From assembly GCA_965209155.1 (NCBI GenBank), contig OZ242383.1:3904001-3968000 (forward strand): a DNA stretch of 64,000 nucleotides, read 5' to 3'. Under the pieces are notes generated by a model. It saw nothing but the letters and a program-made list of their open reading frames with translations, made no database searches and had not been told where the DNA came from. Positions 1 through 11,006 of this stretch are shown piece by piece. A program made the translations under genes and the position numbers. Position 1 is the stretch's first letter. The number at the start of each line of letters is the position of its first letter. The stretch is from a bacterium. GTDB taxonomy: Bacteria > SAR324 > NAC60-12.

Positions 1-320
1 TAACCTGAATTCGACATAAATCTTCAATAATAAGAGTATCCTCGTGTATATTTCATCCTCGCTAAACTTGCCCCTTGCAAGCGGGGAGCGGGGATGCAGA
101 TTTCGGTCTGGCCGCATGCCTCTGGACTCCCGGTCAAGCCAGGAATGACACCATCATCTGTCATACCGAACTTGATCCGGTATCCAGGGGCCGCGCTAGA
201 TTCGTGGCTCGCCGCATACCTCTGGATTCCTGGTCAAGCCAGGAATGACAAGGTTTCTCCAAGACATGAAGATTCCATAAAATATTGAATTGATTAAATG
301 CTTATCTCGAACTCGGGTTA
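1..320. repeat. MITE-like element with ~19-bp terminal inverted repeats enclosing REP-like palindromes
   Basis: 1-19 TAACCTGAATTCGACATAA vs reverse complement of 302-320 TAACCCGAGTTCGAGATAA (16/19). Interior has CTGGA(C/T)TCC(C/T)GGTCAAGCCAGGAATGACA twice and TGTCATACCGAACTTGATCCGGTATCCAG. Confidence 0.6.
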
Positions 321-382
321 ATGTAGATTGAAGGATACCATCGGAGAAATTCGCGTCATAATTCACTGCAACTCACATAGGT

Positions 383-1003
383 TTATGCAAACCATACCCA
401 GGGAGCTTCTTTCTGGTAATTGCTCTCAAATTCGGTAATTTTATTTTCATACCGAAGAGTCCAACCAATTTCATCCAATCCATTCAAAAGACGTTCCTTA
501 GCAAAAGGATCAACCGTAAAATCAAGCTTCTGTCCATCAGGAGTGGACACCAGCTGTTGCTTTAAAGCGATCGTGAGCTGATATCCTACATTTTTTTTTA
601 TATCCTGGAATAGCGTTTCTACTTGGGATGGGGTTAGCACTATAGGAAGAATACCGTTTTTAAAACAGTTGTTGTAAAAAATATCGGCAAAACTAGGAGC
701 GATAATACAACGGAATCCATATTCCAGCAGCGCCCAGGGAGCATGTTCCCGGCTGGAACCACAACCAAAATTTTCACGAGTGACCAGGATTTGGGCACCT
801 TGATAACGGGGAAAATTGAGAGAAAATTCAGGATTGGGTCGAGTTCCGCCATCGTCAAGGTAACGCCAGTCATGAAAGAGGTGTTTCCCAAATCCGGTAC
901 GTTCGATTTTCTTGAGGAATTGCTTAGGGATTATTTGATCGGTGTCCACATCGATACGATCCAATAATGCCGCCGGAGCAGTGAGGGTGGTGAATGCTTG
1001 CAT
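383..1003 (-). CDS. leuD: 3-isopropylmalate dehydratase small subunit
   Basis: Motifs [28 protein letters not shown] and SFADIFYNN; start placed at MQAFTT (ATG 1003); directly follows leuC. Confidence 0.97.
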   Translation of the reverse strand: MQAFTTLTAPAALLDRIDVDTDQIIPKQFLKKIERTGFGKHLFHDWRYLDDGGTRPNPEFSLNFPRYQGAQILVTRENFGCGSSREHAPWALLEYGFRCIIAPSFADIFYNNCFKNGILPIVLTPSQVETLFQDIKKNVGYQLTIALKQQLVSTPDGQKLDFTVDPFAKERLLNGLDEIGWTLRYENKITEFESNYQKEAPWVWFA

Positions 1004-1128
1004 GGTATAATTCCTTTTTTTAAAATGATTGTAAGATAGGTTTCTGCTCCCCCTGTCTGTCAAATGTGAGAAGAAAATTAAATTACAATTTTCCTTCCTC
1101 TAAGGGAATATTTCACACGACTCGGGTC

Positions 1129-2538
1129 TTAAGGCTGATTATTGTCGAAAGTGCGTATGTCCGTGAAATGACCGGCAACAGCCGCCGCTGCTGCCATTAG
1201 TGGGCTTACGAGGTGGGTTCTTCCACCCTTACCCTGACGGCCTTCAAAATTTCTATTGCTTGTCGAGGCGCATCGTTCACCGGATTTGAGTTGATCATCA
1301 TTCATGGCCAGGCACATGGAACATCCTGGTTGTCTCCATTCAAAACCGGCATTATGAAATATTTTATCCAATCCTTCCTTTTCCGCTTGTTTTTTAACCA
1401 GACCGCTTCCTGGAACAATCATCGCATTGACGGTGGAAGCGACTTTTTTATCTTTGACAAAATGAGCCACTGCACGCAGGTCTTCGATCCGAGAATTGGT
1501 GCAAGAACCAATGAAAACCCGGTTAATTGAAATCATATTGATAGGCGTGTTGGGCTCCAGGTCCATATATCTCAAAGCCGATTCGGTGGCTTTTCTGCGC
1601 TCGGGGTCTTCGATCTGGGCAGGGTCCGGTACTTTGCCGTTGATGTCAGTCACCATCCCAGGATTGGTACCCCAGGTGACCTGAGGTAAAATTTCATCAG
1701 CAGTCAACTCTACGACTGCATCAAATCGAGCATCTTTGTCTGAGCGAAGTTGTCTCCAGGTTGCAATCGCTTGGTCGAATTGCTCCCCTCGAGGCGCATA
1801 GGGACGTCCCCGCAAATACTCGAAGGTTATTTCATCAGGTGCGATTAATCCGGCACGAGCCCCTGCTTCAATAGTCATATTGCAAAGCGTCATGCGTGCT
1901 TCCATCGAAAGACGACGAATGAGTTCTCCAGCATATTCAATCACAAAACCGGTTCCTCCCCGGGTGCCGATTTTTCCAATCAATGCCAAGATGATGTCCT
2001 TGGAGGTAACATTGTTGCAAAGTTGGCCATTGATTTGAACCAACATGGACTTTGCCTTTTTTTGCTGCAGGGTTTGAGTGGCCAGGACATGTTCTACTTC
2101 GGAAGTGCCGATCCCAAAAGCCAAAGCTCCAAAAGCGCCATGAGTGGAGGTGTGTGAGTCACCACAGACGATGGTCAATCCAGGTAAAGTCAATCCTTGT
2201 TCCGGCATCACAACATGCACAATTCCCTGTCGCACATCGCCTAAATCGAATAAAGTGATTCCAAAATCGTTACAATTGTTACGCAGGGTATCTACCTGCT
2301 TTGCTGAAATTGGATCCTGGATGGGTTTGTCTTGATCGATTGTCGGCACATTGTGATCCTGGACGGCAAATGTGAAGTGGGGATGGCGAACAAGCCGATT
2401 TGTGAGTCGCAAGCCTTCAAATGCCTGAGGTGAGGTCACTTCATGGATGAGATGCCGGTCAATATACAGAATGGTGTTGCCATCCTCTTCATGAACGACA
2501 TGAGCATCCCAAATTTTTTCAAACATTGTTTTTCCCAT
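1129..2538 (-). CDS. leuC: 3-isopropylmalate dehydratase large subunit
   Basis: Motifs [44 protein letters not shown] and [12 protein letters not shown]. Confidence 0.98.
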   Translation of the reverse strand: MGKTMFEKIWDAHVVHEEDGNTILYIDRHLIHEVTSPQAFEGLRLTNRLVRHPHFTFAVQDHNVPTIDQDKPIQDPISAKQVDTLRNNCNDFGITLFDLGDVRQGIVHVVMPEQGLTLPGLTIVCGDSHTSTHGAFGALAFGIGTSEVEHVLATQTLQQKKAKSMLVQINGQLCNNVTSKDIILALIGKIGTRGGTGFVIEYAGELIRRLSMEARMTLCNMTIEAGARAGLIAPDEITFEYLRGRPYAPRGEQFDQAIATWRQLRSDKDARFDAVVELTADEILPQVTWGTNPGMVTDINGKVPDPAQIEDPERRKATESALRYMDLEPNTPINMISINRVFIGSCTNSRIEDLRAVAHFVKDKKVASTVNAMIVPGSGLVKKQAEKEGLDKIFHNAGFEWRQPGCSMCLAMNDDQLKSGERCASTSNRNFEGRQGKGGRTHLVSPLMAAAAAVAGHFTDIRTFDNNQP

Positions 2539-2763
2539 TTTTTCTCTATTTTAGGATTATCATGAAAGATGAGTTGCAAGTAAAAAATGGTGGTTCCATT
2601 CAGTTGACCCGACTGATGCCAGTCGCAACTCGAGAGGAATTGTTATTAGCATAAATACGAAAATTAGTGTAATATTCTAACCCATTTGAAAAGGACTCTC
2701 AACGAAATTGCTGTTTTTTCGTGCCAGGTCTGTAGTTCCGAATTCAAGGGTATTAAAGTCGAA

Positions 2764-3546
2764 ATGGATGAAGTCGTTGTTTCATTTCTGGTGCTAGGTG
2801 GACTTCCCGTATTATATTGGATCTGGTTGTTTTATACTTCCAACCGTTATAAGCGCTCCAGTATCAGACTATTGATCTTGCTTTTTTTGGGGGGAATTGC
2901 ATGTGGTTTGCTGGCTTTGACTCTAAACCACATTGTCGAAAAATACACGATATTCTGGTCAGGAGCGCAAGAGACCATTATTCTGCTGGACTTGCTTCCA
3001 CCGATTCCTGCATACAGTCTTGGATTTTGGCTGATGGTCGGTTTTAATGAGGAATTCGCAAAACTGACCGTGCTACTCTTTCTCGCCTATCCATCCAGGG
3101 ATTTTCAAGAGCGATTTGACGGAATGCTCTATGCGGCAGTCGTCGCTTTGGGATTTGCCACGATAGAAAATGCTTTCTATATACAGCAGTATGGCATGTC
3201 CATATTGATCACCCGGACTCTGATTACTCTCCCTACCCATATCTTCATGAGCGCAATAATGGGTTATTTTATGGCGCAATCACATTTTGCCCTTAAACAA
3301 GCCTCAGGGTCAGAATTTATCCATTGGCCTTCTATCTTGCTTATCCTGTCCGGTTGGAGTATTGCAGCGCTTCTTCATGCCAGTTACGATAGCCTTCTGT
3401 CTCTTAATTTGAATAAAATGGCATATACTCAATTATTAATCATGGGGGCAGTCACTATTTACCTCAGACATCGCTGTCTCAAGCAATCCGAATTTGCCCC
3501 ACCTGTTGCTTCCAATCCGGCCATAGTGTCACATAAGAGCAGTTAA
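2764..3546 (+). CDS. prsW: PrsW-family intramembrane glutamic/metalloprotease
   Basis: Multi-TM protein with EEFAK, GFATIENAFY, HIFMSAIMGY and HASYD motifs; ATG 2764 preferred over TTG 2686. Confidence 0.85.
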   Translation: MDEVVVSFLVLGGLPVLYWIWLFYTSNRYKRSSIRLLILLFLGGIACGLLALTLNHIVEKYTIFWSGAQETIILLDLLPPIPAYSLGFWLMVGFNEEFAKLTVLLFLAYPSRDFQERFDGMLYAAVVALGFATIENAFYIQQYGMSILITRTLITLPTHIFMSAIMGYFMAQSHFALKQASGSEFIHWPSILLILSGWSIAALLHASYDSLLSLNLNKMAYTQLLIMGAVTIYLRHRCLKQSEFAPPVASNPAIVSHKSS

Positions 3547-3595
3547 ACTCAGAGCATTCTTAACAGACCCTGAATTTTAAATTTGGAAGCATTGA

Positions 3596-3706
3596 TTAAA
3601 AATGATTGGACCCATGGTTTTCCTGCCAATGCTCATCCAAGACAAATGCGACCACGCCAAATACGCAGACGCCTGCAATAATAGTCAAAATCAATGACAT
3701 TTCCAA
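3596..3706 (-). CDS. putative 36-aa single-TM small protein (below the ORF-track cutoff)
   Basis: AGGAGG 6 nt before TTG 3706; translates as (M)EMSLILTIIAGVCVFGVVAFVLDEHWQENHGSNHF*. Confidence 0.5.
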   Translation of the reverse strand: MEMSLILTIIAGVCVFGVVAFVLDEHWQENHGSNHF

Positions 3707-3824
3707 TGAAATCCTCCTGATTTTTAAACTCTTTTTTAGTTTCAATGCTTGAAAGAAAATTTACTCCACTATTTGGCAAAGAGAAACTTCGGATTATAAA
3801 AATCCTCCAACCTCCATTTGTAAG

Positions 3825-4958
3825 TTAAACTGGTTTGCTTTGCTCTTTCATTGTTTCCAAGGAAGCCATCAAGATATTGTGTAGCCGGGAACGAAATCTT
3901 CTCATTGCCACCACTTTTCTTTCACGTGAAATGTGTACACGGTTAGTCAATACAATAACAACAGTTCTGGACGGGATATTCAACCAGAATGAAGTGCCCG
4001 TGAATCCGGTATGTCCTATGCTTCCCGGAGGAAAAAGGCTTCCACAACTCGCATTGCCACCATACTCGCTTTTCAAGTCCCATCCCAGACCTCGTGGTTC
4101 CACATTGGGTGGATTGTGATTGCGTACCATACTTCTCACTGACATGGGGGAGAGCACATGGGCTCCTTCCAGTTCGCCTTCATTGAAAATCATTTGACAA
4201 AAACGGTAGATTTCAAGAGCTCGCGAAAAAAGCCCGGAATTGCCTCCTTCCTCGTTAAAAATGTAGCAGTTTTCATCATGAACGATTCCCCGTAATAGTT
4301 TGTTGCGGAAGGGACAAAATTGAGTCGGAGCAATCGTGGATTCCTGAATGATTCTCAGGGGTTTAAAACAAGTCGAATGCATACGTAGCGGTTTAAAAAT
4401 ATGAGCGTCGCTAAACTGAGCCAGACTTTGTTGGGTGAGGCGGTCTACGATTTCCCCCAAAATGAGAAAACCCAAGCAACTATAGACCATTTGCTGGTCC
4501 GGGAGACGATCAAGTGGAATGGAGATGAGCCGTTGCCAGGCCTCTCTCTTATCTGCAACGTCTTCGTAAAGGTTTGCCCATGCAGGTAATCCCGCAGTAT
4601 GGGTAAGTAAATGACGTAAGGTGACTTTGCTTTTCTCGTCAGTCCCGAATTCGGGTATGAATTCTGCCACTGGATCATTCAGATTCAAAAAGCCCCGCTC
4701 TTGCAAGATCATAATGGCTGTGGCAGTTGCAATTGGTTTGGTCATCGAGGCAATATCAAAAATTGTGTTGGGGGGCAGAGTTGGCGCGTTTTCACCAATT
4801 TCCAATCTTCCCCAGGTCTGATGTAAGTAAATTTCATCATGAGCGGCGAATAAGAGTTCAATACCAGGAAACACTCCTTCACGCAGTTGATGCTGGATCA
4901 ATTGCTCCAGGTAATGATACCAGGTTCGTATAAAATCGACTTTGATGATATTGCCCAT
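3825..4958 (-). CDS. serine hydrolase, beta-lactamase/AmpC-like family
   Basis: SxxK (FDIASMTK), LLTHTAGL, YSC and GHTGFTG motifs; start placed at MGNIIK. Confidence 0.88.
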   Translation of the reverse strand: MGNIIKVDFIRTWYHYLEQLIQHQLREGVFPGIELLFAAHDEIYLHQTWGRLEIGENAPTLPPNTIFDIASMTKPIATATAIMILQERGFLNLNDPVAEFIPEFGTDEKSKVTLRHLLTHTAGLPAWANLYEDVADKREAWQRLISIPLDRLPDQQMVYSCLGFLILGEIVDRLTQQSLAQFSDAHIFKPLRMHSTCFKPLRIIQESTIAPTQFCPFRNKLLRGIVHDENCYIFNEEGGNSGLFSRALEIYRFCQMIFNEGELEGAHVLSPMSVRSMVRNHNPPNVEPRGLGWDLKSEYGGNASCGSLFPPGSIGHTGFTGTSFWLNIPSRTVVIVLTNRVHISRERKVVAMRRFRSRLHNILMASLETMKEQSKPV

Positions 4959-5198
4959 GAACAGGATTGAACTGCAAAAGACAGAATGGGCAGAGTGCCT
5001 TGATATTAATTGAATTTTTACGATGATAATATTGGATACAGGATCGATTGTCATTTGAAAAGTCATTTTTTGCCTGAGAATTATTGTGAATAGCAGTTCA
5101 AATTTCCATCGATTGTTCAATTCGAAATTTATGTGTTAAATTAATGGACTCGACCAATTCTTTTTACAACGTGGCACTTTTAAGATCGTTAAAAATTT

Positions 5199-6263
5199 AT
5201 GAAAGTCCGAGACGCCATCTTAAAATTGGGAAGCTACAATCCACCTTTGGAAGGGCGCAATCCCAATAAATATCTCTTGTTGGATTTCAATGAATCGCCT
5301 GTCCCCCCTCCTTCGCACGTGATTGACGCCTTGGTGGAGTTCATTCAGGACAATCGTCTACAAGCATATCCTTCATACGGGGACTTTTTAGAGCAGTTGG
5401 CTGCCTATGCTAAAGTGCCAGTCAATCAGTTGATTTTAACCAACGGTTCAGACCAAGCCATCGACATTATATTACGGGCTCTTTTAAATGAAAGTGAAGA
5501 AATGATTCTGGCCAAACCAGGATTTGCTATTTTTTTTCAGGTCGCTGGAACATTGGGAGCCAATGTGATTTCTCCAAAGTTTCGATCTGACATGAGTTTC
5601 CCCTATGAAGAAATTTTCAATGCCGTCACTCCGCGAACCCGACTGATTGTGGTGATCAATCCCAACAATCCCACAGGGACCTTGGTGAGTGTGGAACAAA
5701 TCCAGAATTTACTGAAATCTTTTCCTGACATAGGCATTCTTGTAGACGAAGCTTATTTCGAATTCTCCCAACAAACATGTTCCAATCTTTTGGAAGATCA
5801 TAAAAACCTGATCATCACACGCACTTTTTCAAAAGCTTTCGCGCTTCCCAGTCTGCGTTTGGGTTATGCCATTGCTCACAAATCTTTCATTGAGCATCTT
5901 TATAAAATTCGAGGACCTTATGACATCAATATGATCGCACTGGAAGCGGCTCGCGCACAGCTCGCTCATCCCCAACCCTGGCAGCGGATTATCCGGGAAA
6001 TTATGTGTGAGGCCAAACCTGTTTTAGAAAGTTTTTTTGAAGCACAGGGAATCGCTTATTTTAAAGGAACTGCCAATTTTATGCTGGTAGCTCCCAAAAA
6101 TGTTGAAGCTGCTATTGACTATTTGAAAGCTCACAATATTTTAGTCCGCCCCATGCGACCACCAATTGCGCATACCTTTCGTATGAGTATTGGAACCCTA
6201 TCGCAGACCCGACAATTCATAGATACCTTCACGGACTTTATAGAAAACAATCAATTCCACTAA
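5199..6263 (+). CDS. hisC: histidinol-phosphate aminotransferase (class I/II PLP)
   Basis: Motifs LDFNE, TNGSDQAI, NPNNPTG, DEAYFEF and RTFSKAFALPSLRLGY. Confidence 0.85.
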   Translation: MKVRDAILKLGSYNPPLEGRNPNKYLLLDFNESPVPPPSHVIDALVEFIQDNRLQAYPSYGDFLEQLAAYAKVPVNQLILTNGSDQAIDIILRALLNESEEMILAKPGFAIFFQVAGTLGANVISPKFRSDMSFPYEEIFNAVTPRTRLIVVINPNNPTGTLVSVEQIQNLLKSFPDIGILVDEAYFEFSQQTCSNLLEDHKNLIITRTFSKAFALPSLRLGYAIAHKSFIEHLYKIRGPYDINMIALEAARAQLAHPQPWQRIIREIMCEAKPVLESFFEAQGIAYFKGTANFMLVAPKNVEAAIDYLKAHNILVRPMRPPIAHTFRMSIGTLSQTRQFIDTFTDFIENNQFH

Positions 6264-6385
6264 AACTCTCCCTAATCCAGAAAAATGCCAAATAGTGGAA
6301 AGAGTGAAACCAAAGATTATGATCTTGAATCTGAATCCGAATAGTGTCATTTTAAGAGCTTTGCTACTTTTATAATCCCTGAATG

Positions 6386-6456
6386 GGCGACGTAGCCAAG
6401 CGGTCAGGCAGAGGTCTGCAAAACCTTGAACACCGGTTCGAATCCGGTCGTCGCCT
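6386..6456 (+). tRNA. tRNA-Cys(GCA)
   Basis: Acceptor GGCGACG/CGTCGCC, anticodon GCA at 6418-6420, T-arm GGTTCGAATCC; CCA not encoded. Confidence 0.95.
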
Positions 6457-6472
6457 CCCCGCCATCAGCGAT

Positions 6473-6559
6473 GCCTGGGTGGCGAAATTGGTAGACGCAC
6501 AGGACTTAAAATCCTGCGGAGTTCGCTCCGTGCCGGTTCGATTCCGGCCCTAGGCACCA
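6473..6559 (+). tRNA. tRNA-Leu(TAA)
   Basis: Acceptor GCCTGGG/CCTAGGC, anticodon loop CTTAAAA, long variable arm, GGTTCGATTCC, terminal CCA. Confidence 0.96.
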
Positions 6560-7105
6560 CAATTGCTGAAATCCACGAATCGCTGTTATCCGTATCAAAC
6601 TTGTAAAATCGATAATTTGCAAATATTCATACCGAAAGCTCTCGACGCTTTGCAAGACTCCGAAGCAACATGCTTAACAGTGAAAGAGGATAAAATCCAA
6701 GCAGCAACTTTTAAGGATTTCATCAATGAAAATTCAGCCACTAAACAGGAAATCTCCTTGCCAGGTAAAAATTTTAATTCGTTCCTGCAAGGTCTGCGTC
6801 ACATCTTCCGAACCATCCTTATAAGGGTATAGAATTTATCTCGGGTAACTGCTGTGTTTTCGAAATTACATTCGAAATATTGATGGTAGCGGAAGTGAAA
6901 AAATTTCCGATTGTATCTCAGCCTGATCTACCTTGATATTCCCGTATCTACTTTGTCCTCATGTCAGCTTCGCACTACGCATCAAATGTAAACAAGCATG
7001 GAAAGGATGTGAAGAGAAAGTTCAATTAAACAAATCAAGTTGAACAGATTTCTGGTTCAAATTAATACATGACTGAAAATCCAGTCCTTTCTTCTAAAAA
7101 TCATC

Positions 7106-8335
7106 TTGAAAACGAAATTTCAGCAAAAAAAATCGATTCAGCAACTGCTTTTTCCATTTTATCTACCTGCATTGGTGATGAGTATCAGTCGTGGAATGGT
7201 TTTTCTCATGGTACCACTTTATGCCCTGGAATTAGGTGCGGGGGCTGGAGGTGCGGGAACTGTTTTCGCGCTCATAGGTCTTGGCGTACTGATTTCCGAT
7301 GTTCCTGTCGGATTTATGATCAAAAGATTTGGCGAAAGGAGGTTAATGCTGATCGGGCTGTCCTTTATCGGGGTTGGTGGAATTGGAGCCGGTTTAAGTC
7401 CGTCCATGTTTTTATTGGGAATATCCACCTTCGTATATGGAGTGGGAACTGGCACGTGGTTTATGGCTCGCATAAACTATTTGACTGAAAACGTAGTCAT
7501 TGGCCATCGGGGTCGAGCCATGGCGTTAATGGGCGGCACAGAGCGCATCGGATTGTTTGCTGGTCCTGCAGTAGGGGGTGTTTTTAGCATGCTTCTGGGA
7601 TTCCAAACAACCTTTTTGATTTCAGCATTGATCATAGCAATGGTGCTTCTCTTCATCTTGGTTGTCCTTCCCGTTGATAAAAATCGTTTCGCCATTGCTC
7701 GACCACGAAGAATTTTGTCTCTTATTCCAAATATGTTGATGGAACACCGACAAATCTTTCTCACTGCAGGTGTTTTTTCTATCATCTTGCAGATGATCCG
7801 TGCAGGTCGCCAGTTGCTGGTTCCTTTGTGGGGAGAGCATATCGGGTTGGATACGGCCGAGATTGGCTTCATCTATGGTTTGTCCTTCGCTGTAGATATG
7901 TCTCTCTTCTATTTGGCTGGATCTATTATGGATCGTATTGGTAGAAAATGGACAGCTGGTCCCAGTCTGCTGATTCTTTCTTCCAGTCTTATCCTGCTAC
8001 CAGTCTCACAAGATTTTGTTTCATTCCTGTTGGTAGCGATTCTCTCCGGCTTGGGCAATGGATATGGCGCGGGGATTATCATGACCCTGGGGGCTGATTA
8101 TTCTCCTCGCAAAAATCACAGTGAATTTTTAGGAATGTGGCGCTTGATGGGTGATGTCGGTGGAACCATCGGCCCTTTGATTATTGGCGGAATCAGTAAA
8201 TTGTTTGTGCTCGGTATCGCTTCAATCATCACTGGAGGTGTTGGTTTGATGGGAACCCTTATCCTGATATTTTTAGTCCGTGAAACAGTTGTCAAAGCGG
8301 AAAATGCATTAATATCCGAAAAAGATCGAAGCTAG
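7106..8335 (+). CDS. MFS transporter
   Basis: About 12 hydrophobic segments; motif A-like GFMIKRFGERR and GSIMDRIGRK. Confidence 0.9.
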   Translation: MKTKFQQKKSIQQLLFPFYLPALVMSISRGMVFLMVPLYALELGAGAGGAGTVFALIGLGVLISDVPVGFMIKRFGERRLMLIGLSFIGVGGIGAGLSPSMFLLGISTFVYGVGTGTWFMARINYLTENVVIGHRGRAMALMGGTERIGLFAGPAVGGVFSMLLGFQTTFLISALIIAMVLLFILVVLPVDKNRFAIARPRRILSLIPNMLMEHRQIFLTAGVFSIILQMIRAGRQLLVPLWGEHIGLDTAEIGFIYGLSFAVDMSLFYLAGSIMDRIGRKWTAGPSLLILSSSLILLPVSQDFVSFLLVAILSGLGNGYGAGIIMTLGADYSPRKNHSEFLGMWRLMGDVGGTIGPLIIGGISKLFVLGIASIITGGVGLMGTLILIFLVRETVVKAENALISEKDRS

Positions 8336-8494
8336 AATAATTGAATTGAAAAAAGAAGAAAACAACAGAATCATTTATTTCCAAGTACAAAAATCAAAAA
8401 ATTCGGATGGCATTGAAAGAGAACTTCGAAGCCCCAAACGCCACAGTAATGACTGTCAGGGACAAGATAAAACCTGGTAAATCCTCGCAGTCAA

Positions 8495-8571
8495 TGGTGC
8501 GCCCAGGAGGAATCGAACCCCCAGCCTTCGGAACCGGAATCCGACGCTCTATCCGATTGAGCTATGAGCGC
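8495..8571 (-). tRNA. tRNA-Arg(CCG)
   Basis: Minus strand GCGCTCATAGCTCAATCGGATAGAGC-GTCGGATTCCGGTTCCGA...GGTTCGATTCC...GGGCGCACCA. Confidence 0.96.
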
Positions 8572-8601
8572 ATTATCATAAAGACGCAAGTTCCCCTGAA
8601 A

Positions 8602-10470
8602 TCATCCTTGTTGGTCCAAATGAAATTGGGAAGCATCTTCCATAAAGCGATACACGCGGGGAAGTAATTCCATGGGATTATCCAGTAACCCTTCCACCAA
8701 CAATGCGTTGTTGAATAACTGTTCCACATATTCCTTTAAAAAAGACGATTCTTTGTTTTTTTTCAACAGACGAGCCATATTTTGAATGAGAATATGACTT
8801 GAATTGATTTCTAAATTTTTCTTGGAAATTTCGAAATCTTTGTTGACCGCTTTCATCATTTTTTCCATATGGGAACTCATGTTATCTTTAGGATTAATCA
8901 AGGAACATGGACTGCCTATCAGTCGTTTTGATTCGACCACATCAGCCACTTTGTCTCCCAGCTGTGCTTTTATGAATTCGATAATTGTTTCAGCCTCATC
9001 TTTCGAAAGCGCCTCACTAGTGCTTTTTTTGTCTTCTACATTTATATCCGCCTGAGAAATACTTTTCAGAGATTTTCCCTGGTACTCTCTCAATTCCATC
9101 ATGAGAAAATCGTCGACATGATCATACAAAAAGAGCACTTCCAATCCATTCTCCTTAAAATACTCCAAATTGGGATTATGAAGAATCGCCTCTCGAGACG
9201 GTCCGACAACATAATAAATTTCTTTTTGCTCCTCTCGCATTCGATTTTGTACATCTTGCAGCGAAGTAATATCTTCTGCGGAATCAAAAATCGAAGAATT
9301 GAATCGCAATAATTCCACCAGCTTTTCACGGTTGCTGTAATCCCCACTGACTCCTTCTTTGAGAAAAATTCCAAATTTTTTCCAGAATCGGTTGTATTTA
9401 TCCACATTGGATTCCGCTAAATTCTGCAATTCTTTCAATAGTCTCGACACCAGACTTTTTTTGATTTTTTCCAGTAAGGCATTGCGTTGAATGTTTTCCC
9501 GGGACACGTTCAAGGGCAGATCTTCCGAATCGACCACTCCTCGTACAAATCGTAGAAAAGGTGGCAACAGGTTTTTATTTTCGCTCTGAATGAAAACCCG
9601 TTGCGCATACAAATTGATTCCTATACTTTCACGAGCGTAAATCACTTCATTTCCCACTTCCTCTGGAATGAAAAGCATAGCGTCATACTGAATAGGTGCG
9701 TCGATGGAAAAGTGTTGAGAAAACAACGGGGGCTTGAAATCATGTGTAAGCTGCTTGTAAAATTCATCGTAATCGGATTGTTTAATTTCGCTTTTGGACA
9801 ATGTCCAGAGCGCCTTGACCCGATTGACGGTTTTGTCTTTCAGAACGACGGGGAAAGGGATATAATCGGAGTATTTTTTAATAATGGTCTCCAAACGAAA
9901 TTCACTGCAGAAATCGTGCGCATCGTCTTTGAGGAAAATTTTTATTGAGGTTCCACGATCGGACTTTTCAAGAGGTCTTATTTCGTATTGTCCGCTTCCT
10001 TGAGAACTCCATTGCCAACCGTTTTCCTCTTTCAGGAAGGAGCGAGTTTCCAAGACTACTTTTTTTGCAACCATGAAAACCGAATAAAATCCCACTCCAA
10101 ACTGACCGATCAAATTATTGGCATTGTCTTGATCTTCTTTGAGCGTTTTTAGAAACTGCAAAGTACCAGAACTGGCAATTTTCCCAATATTGTCAATAAT
10201 TTCTGTCTTCGTCATACCAATTCCCGTATCGGTGACAGTCAATGTTTTTTCCTCGTTATCAAAGGAAATTTTTATTTCCAGAGCACAGTTTTTGTCCAAA
10301 ATATCTTCTGTCGTCAAGGCCATGAATTGGATTTTACTCAATGCATCCGAGGCATTGGAAATTAATTCTCTCAGGAATATTTCGCGTTCGGTGTATAAAG
10401 AATGCACGAGAATTTCGAGGAGTTTTTGCATTTCCGCCTGGTATTCATAGACTTCCTTAGTTTCGCTCAT
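8602..10470 (-). CDS. htpG: chaperone HtpG (Hsp90)
   Basis: Motifs EIFLRELISNASDAL, DTGIGM, IGQFGVGFYS and DSEDLPLNVSRE. Confidence 0.98.
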   Translation of the reverse strand: MSETKEVYEYQAEMQKLLEILVHSLYTEREIFLRELISNASDALSKIQFMALTTEDILDKNCALEIKISFDNEEKTLTVTDTGIGMTKTEIIDNIGKIASSGTLQFLKTLKEDQDNANNLIGQFGVGFYSVFMVAKKVVLETRSFLKEENGWQWSSQGSGQYEIRPLEKSDRGTSIKIFLKDDAHDFCSEFRLETIIKKYSDYIPFPVVLKDKTVNRVKALWTLSKSEIKQSDYDEFYKQLTHDFKPPLFSQHFSIDAPIQYDAMLFIPEEVGNEVIYARESIGINLYAQRVFIQSENKNLLPPFLRFVRGVVDSEDLPLNVSRENIQRNALLEKIKKSLVSRLLKELQNLAESNVDKYNRFWKKFGIFLKEGVSGDYSNREKLVELLRFNSSIFDSAEDITSLQDVQNRMREEQKEIYYVVGPSREAILHNPNLEYFKENGLEVLFLYDHVDDFLMMELREYQGKSLKSISQADINVEDKKSTSEALSKDEAETIIEFIKAQLGDKVADVVESKRLIGSPCSLINPKDNMSSHMEKMMKAVNKDFEISKKNLEINSSHILIQNMARLLKKNKESSFLKEYVEQLFNNALLVEGLLDNPMELLPRVYRFMEDASQFHLDQQG

Positions 10471-10731
10471 GAGTTCGACTCCTTATTTGAAAGTTGATTA
10501 ATGCTTGCATGAATAAAATGAGATATTTCAATGAAATTTTAAAGATCTTTTTCATTACATTGGCGGACAGGAAACACTCCGGTCTGCAATTTAGTCATGA
10601 CTTTATAGGATGGGGAAAAACTATGGTATAGGGCGACCGACACCCGAACACTGGCAATTGCCGGGGCACTCAATAATAAAGATTTTTCCCAAACAAGGAA
10701 AAGAATTGGATGGAATGTGGAATACAGGAAT

Positions 10732-10998
10732 TCAAGCGATTTTTTTGTTCACGGCATGCATGAGACGTGATTTTTTTCTTGCCGCTGTTCTTGCATGTAA
10801 AACACCTTTCGTCACAGCCTTGTCAATAGTTTTTTGCACCTGACTGTATGCATTTTTTATCTGATCAGATTCACCATTTTCTAACAACTCCAGAAACTTT
10901 CTAATGGTGGAACGTAGATTTGCCCGTAAAGAACGGTTGCGCAGGTTTTGTTTTGCTGTCTGACGAATGCGTTTCAATGCAGATTTATGATGTGCCAT
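10732..10998 (-). CDS. rpsT: 30S ribosomal protein S20
   Basis: MAHHKSALKRIRQ...KGVLHARTAARKKSRL. Confidence 0.97.
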   Translation of the reverse strand: MAHHKSALKRIRQTAKQNLRNRSLRANLRSTIRKFLELLENGESDQIKNAYSQVQKTIDKAVTKGVLHARTAARKKSRLMHAVNKKIA

Positions 10999-11006
10999 TT
11001 TCTTTC

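Noticed and set aside
2540..2640. Possible leucine attenuator upstream of leuC
   Set aside because: A hairpin is present but the short upstream ORF has no Leu run and there is no clear terminator
6560..7100. Integrative element or ORF 6563-6832 after tRNA-Leu
   Set aside because: No integrase, no duplicated tRNA 3' end seen, and the ORF has no RBS or recognisable motif
10555..10730. Possible ncRNA (6S-like) or CIRCE between rpsT and htpG
   Set aside because: Only short hairpins and a partial GCACTC; no recognisable family consensus
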